Source: Pseudomonadota bacterium (GTDB lineage Bacteria; Pseudomonadota; Gammaproteobacteria; Xanthomonadales; Xanthomonadaceae). Taken from it: a stretch of 64,000 nucleotides of DNA. Where the stretch lies: assembly GCA_018240435.1 (NCBI GenBank), contig JAFEFT010000002.1, positions 35,262-99,261 of the forward strand. The letters run 5' to 3'. This document shows, one piece after another, positions 1 to 8,077 of this stretch. The notes beneath the pieces were generated by a model. It worked only from the letters and a program-made list of their open reading frames with translations, was not told the DNA's origin and made no database searches. The position numbers and the translations under genes are program-made. The first letter of the stretch is position 1. Each line of letters opens with the position of its first letter.

Positions 1-1011
1 CCGGTTCGGGCCGCGCAACTTGCGCACGAACAAGGCGAGCAGGGCGAAGCTGGTGGTGGCGCAGGACAGCACGAAGGCGAAGAGGGTCAGCGCGCGCAGG
101 CCGGGCGCGTCGCCCTTCTGCAAGGCGCCGAGCATCATCAGGAACACGATGACCAGGCCGGCGAAGGCGCATGGGGCCAGGTTGACCCACAGCACCCAGC
201 GTCGTGCAAGTTTGCCGTCGGCGGCGAGCAAGCCGCGGTCGACGCCGTGGCTGCCGAGCGCGGCGCCGGCGACGAAATACAGCAGGTACAGCGGCAGCCG
301 CGCGGTCTGCACGAACCATGGGCCGAACGAGTCCCAGCGCGACGGATCGACGAGCATCGCGATCGGCACGTACACCAGCGCGCTTGCCGTGACCAGAGCG
401 AGGAAAGCGCGCACCGGGCGCTGGCCGTCACCGAACAGCAGGCGGTTCGCGGTGGCGGCCCACGCCGGTGCGATCCGGTTGGCGAAGACGGCGAGCGCAG
501 CCAACGCCAGCAGCACCCACAGGAACCACGCCGGGCCGGCCGGCCACTTGCCGAGCGCGAGCCATTGCGAGGCGAAGCCGGCGAGCGTCGGCATGGCGGT
601 GATCTGCGTGTAGGTCGCGGCATACGCCAGCGGCGCCAGCACGCCGGCGCCGATCGCGAATGGCAACCCCAGGCGCAGTGCACGCTCGCGCAGGTAGCCG
701 CCACCGCCGCGACGGGCGATGCCGGCGGGGACGAACATGCCGGCGAGCAGGAACATCAACGCCATGAAGAACGAATCGTTGAAGCCGACGAAGAGGTCCG
801 CGCCTGCCATGTGCACGGCGTCGACCACCGGAAATGCGGCCCAGATCATCGCGCCGCCGGTCAGCGTCGCCGGCGGCTTCGGCGCGTTCGGATGGTAGGC
901 GAGCACCGCGTGATGGGCCACGACCAGCGCGGTCAGGAACGCGCGCAGGCGATCGATCGGCAACACGCGACTGGCGACCGGGGATGGCCCCGGCATGGGC
1001 AGGATACTCAT
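1..1011 (-). CDS. acyltransferase family 3 (OafA/OpgC-like) integral membrane protein; C-terminus lies outside the window
   Basis: Absent from the ORF track because it is open to the window edge. My reverse-strand translation starts at ATG 1011-1009, with GGAG about 8 nt upstream. It reads MSILPMPGPSPVASRVLPIDRLRAFLTALVVAHHAVLAY..., followed by many hydrophobic helices and no stop down to position 1. The IDRLR..VV..H N-terminal motif is typical of acyltransferase_3. Confidence 0.7.
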   Translation of the reverse strand, partial: MSILPMPGPSPVASRVLPIDRLRAFLTALVVAHHAVLAYHPNAPKPPATLTGGAMIWAAFPVVDAVHMAGADLFVGFNDSFFMALMFLLAGMFVPAGIARRGGGGYLRERALRLGLPFAIGAGVLAPLAYAATYTQITAMPTLAGFASQWLALGKWPAGPAWFLWVLLALAALAVFANRIAPAWAATANRLLFGDGQRPVRAFLALVTASALVYVPIAMLVDPSRWDSFGPWFVQTARLPLYLLYFVAGAALGSHGVDRGLLAADGKLARRWVLWVNLAPCAFAGLVIVFLMMLGALQKGDAPGLRALTLFAFVLSCATTSFALLALFVRKLRGPNR

Positions 1012-1076
1012 GGCTTGACTCCAGGTTGGGCGGCGACGAACGCAGCGTGCAATCCCCGCGCGCGCGGGGCGGCGTT

Positions 1077-1241
1077 CTAGGGAAGGTCTGAACAACTTTG
1101 TTTTTGATCATCATCGACCGGCTTCGCCGTTGTAAAGCGCTTCCGCGAAAGCGGGAATCCAGTGTCTTTTATTTCAACAACATAGAGTCACTGGATCCCT
1201 GCCTTCGCAGGGATGACAAGACTTATTCAGACCTTCCCTAG
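1077..1241. repeat. nested palindromic (MITE/BIME-like) element with an outer 16-bp perfect inverted repeat enclosing an inverted pair of REP hairpins around an AT-rich core
   Basis: The outer arms are CTAGGGAAGGTCTGAA (1077-1092) and TTCAGACCTTCCCTAG (1226-1241). The inner arms are ttccgcgaaagcgggaatccagtg (1141-1164) and cactggatccctgccttcgcagggatgac (1189-1217). The inner arms belong to the same cccgc-gaag-gcggg hairpin family found at 34686 and 35028. The right outer arm contains the stop codon of the sigma factor gene (1238-1240). Confidence 0.8.
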
Positions 1242-2851
1242 GACGTGGGTGGGCGCAGATTGGCGCGTGCGCGCCAGGCGAACAGCGCCGCCGGCAGCAC
1301 GCACAGCACGATCAGCAGCGCGAGCAGCAGCGGGACGAGAGGGTCGGGCAGGGCCCGTGCGAAGTACGCGCCGACCGCCGCATCGTTGGCGTGGGCGCCG
1401 AGCGCGAGGCCGCCAGCGGCGTAGTCGCGTGATACCGCCAGGGCGCCGGCAGCGCCGTGCCAGCCGGCAGCGAAACCGCCGACGGCATTCCACCCGTAGG
1501 CCGCGCCGCCGAGCGCGAGCAGGCCGAACGTGCAGCAGCCCAGCGCCAGCGGTGCGATGGCGACGGCACCAAAGGCGACGCCACCGATGGCGATACCGCC
1601 GATGGCAATGCCACCGCGGGCGACTCCGCCCATCGCGAACAGCACGCCGTCGGCGCGATCGCCGATCGCCACCCAGCCGCGCGCCGGCTCGGTGCCGGTC
1701 GTCGGCGTGTCGTAGCGCACGTGTATCAGCGGCAGGCCGAGCAGTGTCCAGCGCGAGCGATATTCGGGGCGGATGCGCAGCGCCTGTTCGCGCCGCGGAT
1801 CGAACAACTCCGGGCAGCGCAGGCGCTCGTCGGCACGCAATTGCCGCGATTCGCGCATCGCCCGCGCGATGTTCAGCGCCAGCCAGCACGCAAACCCCAG
1901 CGGCAGCAGTTGCGCGAATGCGGCGTACCACGTCGCGAACGGCAACGCGTACGGCGCCAGCACGAGCACCGCGAAGGTGGCGATCGTGTAGATCACGCTG
2001 GCGATGGCGAAACGGCGTGTCTGCGCCTGTACGGTCGCGCGCTCGCGCGGCGTGCGGGTGGCGTCGAGTTGGGCACGCACGCTGAAGTAGCTGCCGACGA
2101 AGGCGACCACGGGGCCGATCAGCGCGGTGGCGATCGCCGCCAGCCCGGTCGCCTTCGCCAGCGTGCCGCCCTGGGTGGTCGCCTTCACCGCCACCAACGC
2201 CGTCACCGTCGCCGGCGACGCCACCGGCAAGGCGGCGATCACCCCGGCGGTGAACGCTTCGGCAGGCGCCGAGCGCGCCAGCACGCCTTCGACGAACGCG
2301 CGCACCTGCTCATGCAACAGGCGACGGCCGCGCGACAGGCGTTGTTTCGCGGCGTCCTCGCTGATCGCCAACGCACTGGCGACGGTTTCGATCGACTGCT
2401 GCTCGCGGTAGAACAGCACCAGCGCTTCCCGGTAGGTCTCGGGAATGCGGTCGAGGGCGCGCCACAGCAGGGCCTGTTCCTCGGCGCTGATCGCCTGTTC
2501 GAGCGGTGCTGCCTCCGCCGTGTGCACGAACGCGGCGACGTCGATCGATTCGGCATCCTGCGTCGGCTCGCGCTGATCGCGACGCAGCGCCCCGTGGGTG
2601 CGGTTGCGCACGATGCCGCACAGCCATGCGCGCAGGCTGGCCGGTTCGCGCAGCGCCTTGAGTTGCGTCCACGCCTCGATGAAGGTTTCCTGGGCGAGGT
2701 CCTCGCTGCGGCTGAGCGATCCGGTCGCGGCATAGGCGATCGCGGCAACCAGCGACTGGTAGCGCGCGACGATCTTTCCGAACGCGGAGCGGTCACCGGC
2801 GAGCGAACGCCGGACGAGATCCTCATCGAGGGTGGTGGCGGTGGCGTCCAT
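1238..2851 (-). CDS. ECF-type sigma-70 family sigma factor fused to a long C-terminal polytopic membrane domain
   Basis: ORF track 1238..2881. The N-terminal roughly 190 aa carry sigma region 2 and region 4 signatures (LVRRSLAGDRSAFGKIVARYQSLV, ETFIEAW, ETYREALVLFYREQQSIETVASALAISEDAAKQRLSRGRRLL). About 340 aa of hydrophobic helices follow, including a Gly-rich GGIAIGGIAIGGVAFG stretch. The start is uncertain (GTG 2881, ATG 2872 or ATG 2851). Confidence 0.8.
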   Translation of the reverse strand: MDATATTLDEDLVRRSLAGDRSAFGKIVARYQSLVAAIAYAATGSLSRSEDLAQETFIEAWTQLKALREPASLRAWLCGIVRNRTHGALRRDQREPTQDAESIDVAAFVHTAEAAPLEQAISAEEQALLWRALDRIPETYREALVLFYREQQSIETVASALAISEDAAKQRLSRGRRLLHEQVRAFVEGVLARSAPAEAFTAGVIAALPVASPATVTALVAVKATTQGGTLAKATGLAAIATALIGPVVAFVGSYFSVRAQLDATRTPRERATVQAQTRRFAIASVIYTIATFAVLVLAPYALPFATWYAAFAQLLPLGFACWLALNIARAMRESRQLRADERLRCPELFDPRREQALRIRPEYRSRWTLLGLPLIHVRYDTPTTGTEPARGWVAIGDRADGVLFAMGGVARGGIAIGGIAIGGVAFGAVAIAPLALGCCTFGLLALGGAAYGWNAVGGFAAGWHGAAGALAVSRDYAAGGLALGAHANDAAVGAYFARALPDPLVPLLLALLIVLCVLPAALFAWRARANLRPPTS

Positions 2852-3052
2852 GGTCGTGTGCAGGGCAAGCATGCCGCACAAGTGGTCGAAAGCAGAAAAA
2901 AGGTGACAGGACCTGATCCGCGTTCGTCAACCGAAACCCTGGTGCAATCCGGGGATGGCCTCCGGCAGTCCCGTCGGCCACCTGCAATGCCCGGATCGGC
3001 GCTGTCACCGATACGACTTGCCGAGGTTTTCGTTAATCGACCCTGACCCCGT

Positions 3053-4678
3053 TCAGCGGTCGGGTTGGCCGGGGCGGATGCCTTGCTTGCGCATCTCCAG
3101 CACGATCGGTTTGAACGCTTCGATCAGCGCTTCCACCCGCGCCCGCTCGTAGTAGTCCAGGTCGGTGCGACGCTTGAGGCCTTCGAGCTGGTTGAGCGCG
3201 TCTTCGGCGCGGCCGTTGAGGAAGGTCGCCACCGCGTAGGCTTCGCCGGCGCGGGCGGTATCGCCGGCGATTTCGCAGGCGCGGGCGAAAGTCTGCTGGA
3301 ACTCGGGATCGTCGCCGCCGCCATCGGCCAGCGGTCGCAGGATGGCCTGGGCGCGGCGACCGGCATCGACGGTGCCGATCCGCCCGAGCGTGCCGGCATA
3401 GCTGAGAATCACCGCGCGGTTGCCGGGCCAGCGCGCGAGCAAGCGATCGTAATCGGCCAGCGCCGCTGCCTGCTGGCCGGCATGGAAGCGGGCGCTGGCA
3501 ATGGCCAGATCGAGCCAGGCCACGTTCGGGTGGCGCTGCGCCAGCTGTTGCAGATCGGCCAGCGCGGCATTCGCCTCGCCGTGGTCGATCAGGGCCAGAT
3601 CAAGTCCGTAGCGCTGGGCGTCGCCGAAGCGGGAGGGATCGGCGTCGCGAATCTTGCGGTATTCGCCGATGGCGGCGCTGGAGCTTTCGGCGCTGAGCAC
3701 GCGCAGGCGCTCGCGCGCCCAGAGGTAGTCGATGCCGCGGCGCAGTGTCGGTGCCGCAAGGGTGGCCGTGGCCACGCTCAGGTCGGCGGGCAACAACAGG
3801 TTGCCGGCCGACGGCAATGCCGCCGGCGGTGGCGTCGCCTGCTCGCGCAGCTTGATCTGGCGGGCGCGATCGAAGGCGTCGCTGATGCGCGTGCTGGTGA
3901 CCGGGTGGTCGATCAGGAAGTCGGGCACCTTGTATTTGCCCTGGCCCTCGTTGCTGCGATAGGCGGCCTGCAGGCGTTGGAAGAAGGTGGCCATCGCCAC
4001 CGGGTCGTAGCCGGATCGCGCCAGCGTCTGGATGCCCAGATGGTCGGCCTCGGTCTCGTTGTCGCGGGTGAAGTCGATGGCCTGCTGTGCCATCAGGCCA
4101 GTGCCGGCGGCGATCGCCGCTTCGCCGGCGTTGCCCGCCGAATCCGAACTGGACCGCGACGACAGCACGATCGCCGCCAGCATCGCCAGCACGATCGGCA
4201 CCTGCGCCTTGCTCTGCCTTTCGACCGCGCGCAATACGTGGTTCTGGGTGACGTGGGCGATCTCGTGCGCCATCACCCCGGCCAGTTCGTCCTCGCTGGT
4301 GGTGGCGATGATCAACCCGGCGTTGACCGCAACGTAGCCGCCCAGGGTGGCGAAGGCGTTGATGTCGCGCGATTTGACGATGAAGAAATGGAATTTCTGG
4401 GTCGGCTTGTTGCTGTGCGCTCCCAGCCGTTCGCCGATGCCTTGCAGCCAGTCCTCCAGCAATGGATCGTCGAGCACCAGCCCTTCCTTGCGCAATTCGC
4501 GAAAGGTCATCAGGCCGTACTGGTCCTGCTCGGCGGGGGTGATGATCTGCGCCGCCGACGAGCCCATGTCCGGCAGCGAGGTGCCGCCATCCTGCGCCCG
4601 TGCGGGCGTCGACACGCCGGCGCCGAGGGTGGCCAGGCAGGCGAGGATCGCGGTGTTCAACATGGCGCGTCGGAACAT
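3053..4678 (-). CDS. bepA: periplasmic M48 family metalloprotease with C-terminal TPR repeats (BepA/YfgC-like)
   Basis: This is the C-terminal 541 aa of track ORF 3053..5530, starting at MFRRAMLNTAILACLATLGAG (signal peptide). It carries the HEIAHVTQNH HEXXH motif and TPR-like helices at the C-terminus. The upstream part of the track ORF is Arg/Ala-rich shadow overlapping grxC. Confidence 0.85.
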   Translation of the reverse strand: MFRRAMLNTAILACLATLGAGVSTPARAQDGGTSLPDMGSSAAQIITPAEQDQYGLMTFRELRKEGLVLDDPLLEDWLQGIGERLGAHSNKPTQKFHFFIVKSRDINAFATLGGYVAVNAGLIIATTSEDELAGVMAHEIAHVTQNHVLRAVERQSKAQVPIVLAMLAAIVLSSRSSSDSAGNAGEAAIAAGTGLMAQQAIDFTRDNETEADHLGIQTLARSGYDPVAMATFFQRLQAAYRSNEGQGKYKVPDFLIDHPVTSTRISDAFDRARQIKLREQATPPPAALPSAGNLLLPADLSVATATLAAPTLRRGIDYLWARERLRVLSAESSSAAIGEYRKIRDADPSRFGDAQRYGLDLALIDHGEANAALADLQQLAQRHPNVAWLDLAIASARFHAGQQAAALADYDRLLARWPGNRAVILSYAGTLGRIGTVDAGRRAQAILRPLADGGGDDPEFQQTFARACEIAGDTARAGEAYAVATFLNGRAEDALNQLEGLKRRTDLDYYERARVEALIEAFKPIVLEMRKQGIRPGQPDR

Positions 4679-4844
4679 GGAGCAACCCGTGGGCATTTGA
4701 CCGCGCCAGCTTGCACCCGGCATCCCGGCTGGGGCGTGAACCGGCAACGGCTGGAAAAGGCCGGGCCCTGCCCCCATCATCCAGGGCAGGAGGCCGCGGC
4801 ACCCATGCGGCTGACCATCATTCCCGCCTGCGAGTTCCCCGACC

Positions 4845-5114
4845 ATGGCCGCTCCGCCCCGAATCACGTTGTACACCACCGCCGTCTGCCCGTACTGCGT
4901 GGCGGCCAAGAATTTCCTGCGCAGCCGCAGCCTCGATTGGGTCGAGGTGCGCGTCGATACCGATCCGGTGCAGCGCAAGACGATGATCGAACGCAGTGGC
5001 CGTACCAGCGTGCCGCAGATCTTCATCGGCCAGGTGCATGTGGGAGGGTTCGACGACATGGTGGCGCTGGATCGGCGCGGTGGCCTGACGCCGCTGCTGG
5101 CAGGTGCGGCGTGA
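4845..5114 (+). CDS. grxC: glutaredoxin 3
   Basis: An 89-aa ORF with the CPYC active site (TTAVCPYCVAAKNFL) and the TVPQIFIGQVHVGGFDD motif. Confidence 0.9.
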   Translation: MAAPPRITLYTTAVCPYCVAAKNFLRSRSLDWVEVRVDTDPVQRKTMIERSGRTSVPQIFIGQVHVGGFDDMVALDRRGGLTPLLAGAA

Positions 5115-5536
5115 GCGGCGGGAACGACGGTCGCGACGATCGCGTGGCCGAGTTCACGGCGTTCCGACAGCGCATGAACGAGCGCATTCTGGCCGAGGAC
5201 AATCAGGTCATCCGCCGCTTCTTCGCGCTCGACACGCAGACCTACAAGGCCGGCGCGCTGGACGTGAAAACCAAGGAACTGCTCGGCCTGGTCGCCTCGA
5301 TGGTGCTGCGCTGCGACGACTGCATCAGCTACCACATCGCCCAGTGTGCGGATGCCGGCGTGAGCCGCGAGGAATTTTTCGAGACCTTCTCGGTGGCGCT
5401 GGTGGTCGGCGGCAGCATCGTCATTCCGCACCTGCGGCGCGGCGTGGATTTTCTCGACACGCTTGAACGCGATCGCCACGGTGCGGACACCGCTTCGGCC
5501 GCTGGCACGGCCACGAGCCCGCATCCGCACGCTTGA
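5111..5536 (+). CDS. carboxymuconolactone decarboxylase (AhpD-like) family protein
   Basis: This is the C-terminal part of track ORF 3065..5536. A GTG at 5111 overlaps the grxC stop; an alternative start is the ATG of MNERIL. It has the LRCDDCISYH CxxC motif typical of the CMD/AhpD fold. Confidence 0.7.
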   Translation: MSGGNDGRDDRVAEFTAFRQRMNERILAEDNQVIRRFFALDTQTYKAGALDVKTKELLGLVASMVLRCDDCISYHIAQCADAGVSREEFFETFSVALVVGGSIVIPHLRRGVDFLDTLERDRHGADTASAAGTATSPHPHA

Positions 5537-5628
5537 TCGCGATCAACTCGGCGCGATGGTGGCCTCTGGCATAATGCGCGCCATCGCGGCGCCCGTTCGG
5601 CGCGCCGATCTTCCGGAAACTCCATCCC

Positions 5629-6633
5629 ATGACCCACACGATCGCAGTGATCCGCGGCGACGGCATCGGCCCCGAGATCATGGACGCCACCTTGCATGTG
5701 CTCGACGCGATGCAACTCGGCTTGAACTACGAGTTCGTCGAGGCCGGCATGAGCGCGCTGGAAAAGCACGGCAACCTGCTGCCGCAGGCCACCCTCGATG
5801 CCATCGCCAGGCACCGCATCGCGCTCAAGAGCCCGCTGACCACGCCGGTCGGCGGCGGCTTCGCCTCGATCAACGTCGAGCTGCGCAAACGCTTCGACCT
5901 GTACGCCAACGTCCGCCCGGCGATCAGTTTTCCGAACACGAAAGCGCGCTACGCCGACATCGACATCATCACCGTGCGCGAGAACACCGAAGGCGCCTAC
6001 ATCGGCGAGGGCCAGCAGGTGTCCGCCGACGGCGCCACCGCCACCTTGCAGCAGAAGGTCACCCGCAAGGGCTCCGAGCGCATCGTCCGTTACGCTTTCG
6101 ACATGGCGCGCCGGATCGGCCGCAAGAAAGTCACCATCGTGCACAAGGCGAACATCCTCAAGTCGACCTCGGGGCTGTTCCTGAAGGTCGCGCGCGAGGT
6201 GGCGGCGCAGTATCCGGACATCGCCTGCAACGAGATGATCGTCGACAACACCTGCATGCAGCTGGTGATGCGGCCCGAGCAGTTCGACGTGATCGTCACC
6301 ACCAACCTGTTCGGCGACATCGTTTCCGACCTGTGCGCCGGCCTCGTCGGCGGCCTCGGTCTGGCGCCGGGCGCGAACATCGGTGCCGATGCGGCGATCT
6401 TCGAGGCCGTGCACGGCTCGGCACCGGACATCGCCGGCCAGGGCATCGCCAATCCCTGCGCGCTGCTGCTGGGCGCGGCGCAGATGCTCGATCATCTGGC
6501 GCTGCCCGGCGACGCGGCGCGCTTGCGCAAGGCGATCCGCAGCACGCTGGCCGATCAGGATGCGCTTACCCCCGACCTCGGCGGCAGCGGCAACACGATG
6601 GGTTTTGCCAGGGCAATTGCGACGCGGGTGTGA
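5629..6633 (+). CDS. icd: isocitrate/isopropylmalate dehydrogenase family enzyme, most like NAD-dependent isocitrate dehydrogenase
   Basis: A 334-aa ORF with IRGDGIGPEI, RENTEGAYIGEG, NLFGDIVSDL and HGSAPDIAGQGIANP motifs. Confidence 0.8.
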   Translation: MTHTIAVIRGDGIGPEIMDATLHVLDAMQLGLNYEFVEAGMSALEKHGNLLPQATLDAIARHRIALKSPLTTPVGGGFASINVELRKRFDLYANVRPAISFPNTKARYADIDIITVRENTEGAYIGEGQQVSADGATATLQQKVTRKGSERIVRYAFDMARRIGRKKVTIVHKANILKSTSGLFLKVAREVAAQYPDIACNEMIVDNTCMQLVMRPEQFDVIVTTNLFGDIVSDLCAGLVGGLGLAPGANIGADAAIFEAVHGSAPDIAGQGIANPCALLLGAAQMLDHLALPGDAARLRKAIRSTLADQDALTPDLGGSGNTMGFARAIATRV

Positions 6634-6866
6634 GGGCGGAGGACAGAGGACAGAGGACAGAAGACAGAAGACAGAGGACAGAAGACAGAGGACAGAAGAC
6701 AGAGGACAGAAGACAGAGGGCAGAAGACAGAGGGCAGAGGACAGAGGACAGAGGACAGAGGACAGAGGACAGAGGGCAGAGGGCAGAGGGCAGAGGGCAG
6801 AAGGCAGAAGGCAGAGAGCAGAGAGCAGGAGGCAGAGGGCAGGAGGCAGAGGGCAGCAGGGCAGGG
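6634..6866 (+). repeat. tandem heptanucleotide array (GGACAGA)n of about 33 units, degenerating 3-prime into GGGCAGA/AGGCAGA/GAGCAGA variants
   Basis: Read directly from the sequence. The array starts at the base after the icd TGA (6631-6633) and is a pure purine+C tract on the + strand. It generates artefactual RTEDRGQ / SSVLCPL repeat ORFs in several frames. Confidence 0.95.
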
Positions 6867-6949
6867 GACGGAGCGCGGGCGGGCTGGAATTTCCGGTTTC
6901 CATTCGTGACAGCGGCGCCGCGCGCGTCCGCATGCGCGGTCGCCTGTCT

Positions 6950-7984
6950 TCAGCCAGCGTTCTCCAGCATCTGCCGCCAGCGCGGTGGCATCCAGCCGCG
7001 CATCCTTTCGCCCAGCGCCGCCTCGTTGCGCTGCCAGAGCACGCCCACGGCGATGATCGCCAGCCCGATCGCGGTGAGCGCGAACGGGAACAGCAGACTG
7101 TCCTTGAACACGCTGTAGGCCAGATGCCCCAGATACCCGGCCACGCCCAGCCCGCCGAAAACGACGAACACCCGCCGCGCCAGTGCCGCGCCGACTCCGA
7201 TCAGGCCGAGGTTGATGAGCAGGTAAATCACCTTGCGCCATTCTTCCTTCGAGTCCATCGAGGTCAGCCCGCCCCAGAACGCCATCGTGCCGAACAGGTA
7301 CAGCCAGAAGGCGAAGTCGGGATCGCGGCGGGTGCGCAGGTCCACCGCCAGCGCCAGCAGCAAGGTCAGCAGACCGCAGGCGACGGAGACATATTCGCGC
7401 TTGCGCCATTCCGGGTCGTCACCGAACAGGAAGGGGGTCAGGTCCATGCTCATGTACCACAGCGTCACCGCGATCGGCATCACCATGAACGGCAATCGGT
7501 AGCGATACAGCAGGACGGCGCCGCCGGCCAGCGTCGCCAGCTCCATGACGATCCAGCGCCAGTCGATCAGACGGTGATAGTCGCGGTAGCTCTTGCCGTC
7601 CTCGGCCCAGAAGCCCAGTCCGTGCTGCAGCCCGTAGACCGCCAGCGGAATCAGCACCACGACGAAGGTGGCGGTGATGCCGGCCGGCACCTGCAGTTGC
7701 TTGCCACGCAGAAAGAACTCGGTCAGCCACAGCCCGGCGATGCCGTAGCCGAGGGCGATGGCGAACAAGCCCCAGCCACCGAAGCTCTCCCAGCCCAGGG
7801 TCATGAACAGGCTCATCGCGCCGATCGCGATCAGGCCGCCGAGGTAGTAGAGGATATGGGTGAAGCCGAAGCGCGCGTGCTCGCTCTGGCCGGCGGCGAG
7901 GAAGGCCCACAGGCCGTCGGCCTGATCCGGGCGGAGGATGCCGGCGCCGACGGCATCGTCCAGACGCTTGCGATTGATGTCCAT
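6950..7984 (-). CDS. DUF2157-like polytopic membrane protein
   Basis: A 344-aa ORF with non-shadow composition. A soluble N-terminal segment (MDINRKRLDDAVGAGILRPDQADGLWAFL) is followed by about 9 hydrophobic helices. Confidence 0.6.
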   Translation of the reverse strand: MDINRKRLDDAVGAGILRPDQADGLWAFLAAGQSEHARFGFTHILYYLGGLIAIGAMSLFMTLGWESFGGWGLFAIALGYGIAGLWLTEFFLRGKQLQVPAGITATFVVVLIPLAVYGLQHGLGFWAEDGKSYRDYHRLIDWRWIVMELATLAGGAVLLYRYRLPFMVMPIAVTLWYMSMDLTPFLFGDDPEWRKREYVSVACGLLTLLLALAVDLRTRRDPDFAFWLYLFGTMAFWGGLTSMDSKEEWRKVIYLLINLGLIGVGAALARRVFVVFGGLGVAGYLGHLAYSVFKDSLLFPFALTAIGLAIIAVGVLWQRNEAALGERMRGWMPPRWRQMLENAG

Positions 7985-8077
7985 GATCGTGGCCGGTGGC
8001 TTGCCTGCGACGGATCGTGGGCGGGTGCGGGATGAGCGTCAAGCGAACACCGCCGCAACGGCAAAAGTAGCGCCGGC

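Noticed and set aside
2882-3052. A search for an ECF-type autoregulatory promoter (GGAAC-N16-CGT) upstream of the fused sigma factor gene.
   Set aside because: I found only a loose TTGACG...GAAC match on the minus strand. Spacing and the -10 element are unconvincing without a comparative alignment.
3065-5536. An 823-aa + strand ORF, together with the long N-terminal extension of the 825-aa minus-strand ORF 3053..5530.
   Set aside because: The composition is Arg/Ala/Gly-rich shadow lying antisense to the BepA-like gene. Only the last roughly 141 codons (CMD family) look like a real protein. On the other strand, the real protease starts at the signal peptide Met (4678). The extension would overlap grxC.
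5329-8035. ORFs 5329..6933(-), 5463..7118(+), 6383..8035(+) and 6555..7409(-), containing RTEDRGQ / SSVLCPL peptide repeats.
   Set aside because: These repeats are simply translations of the GGACAGA heptamer array in different frames. The remaining parts are off-frame shadows of icd and the DUF2157 gene.
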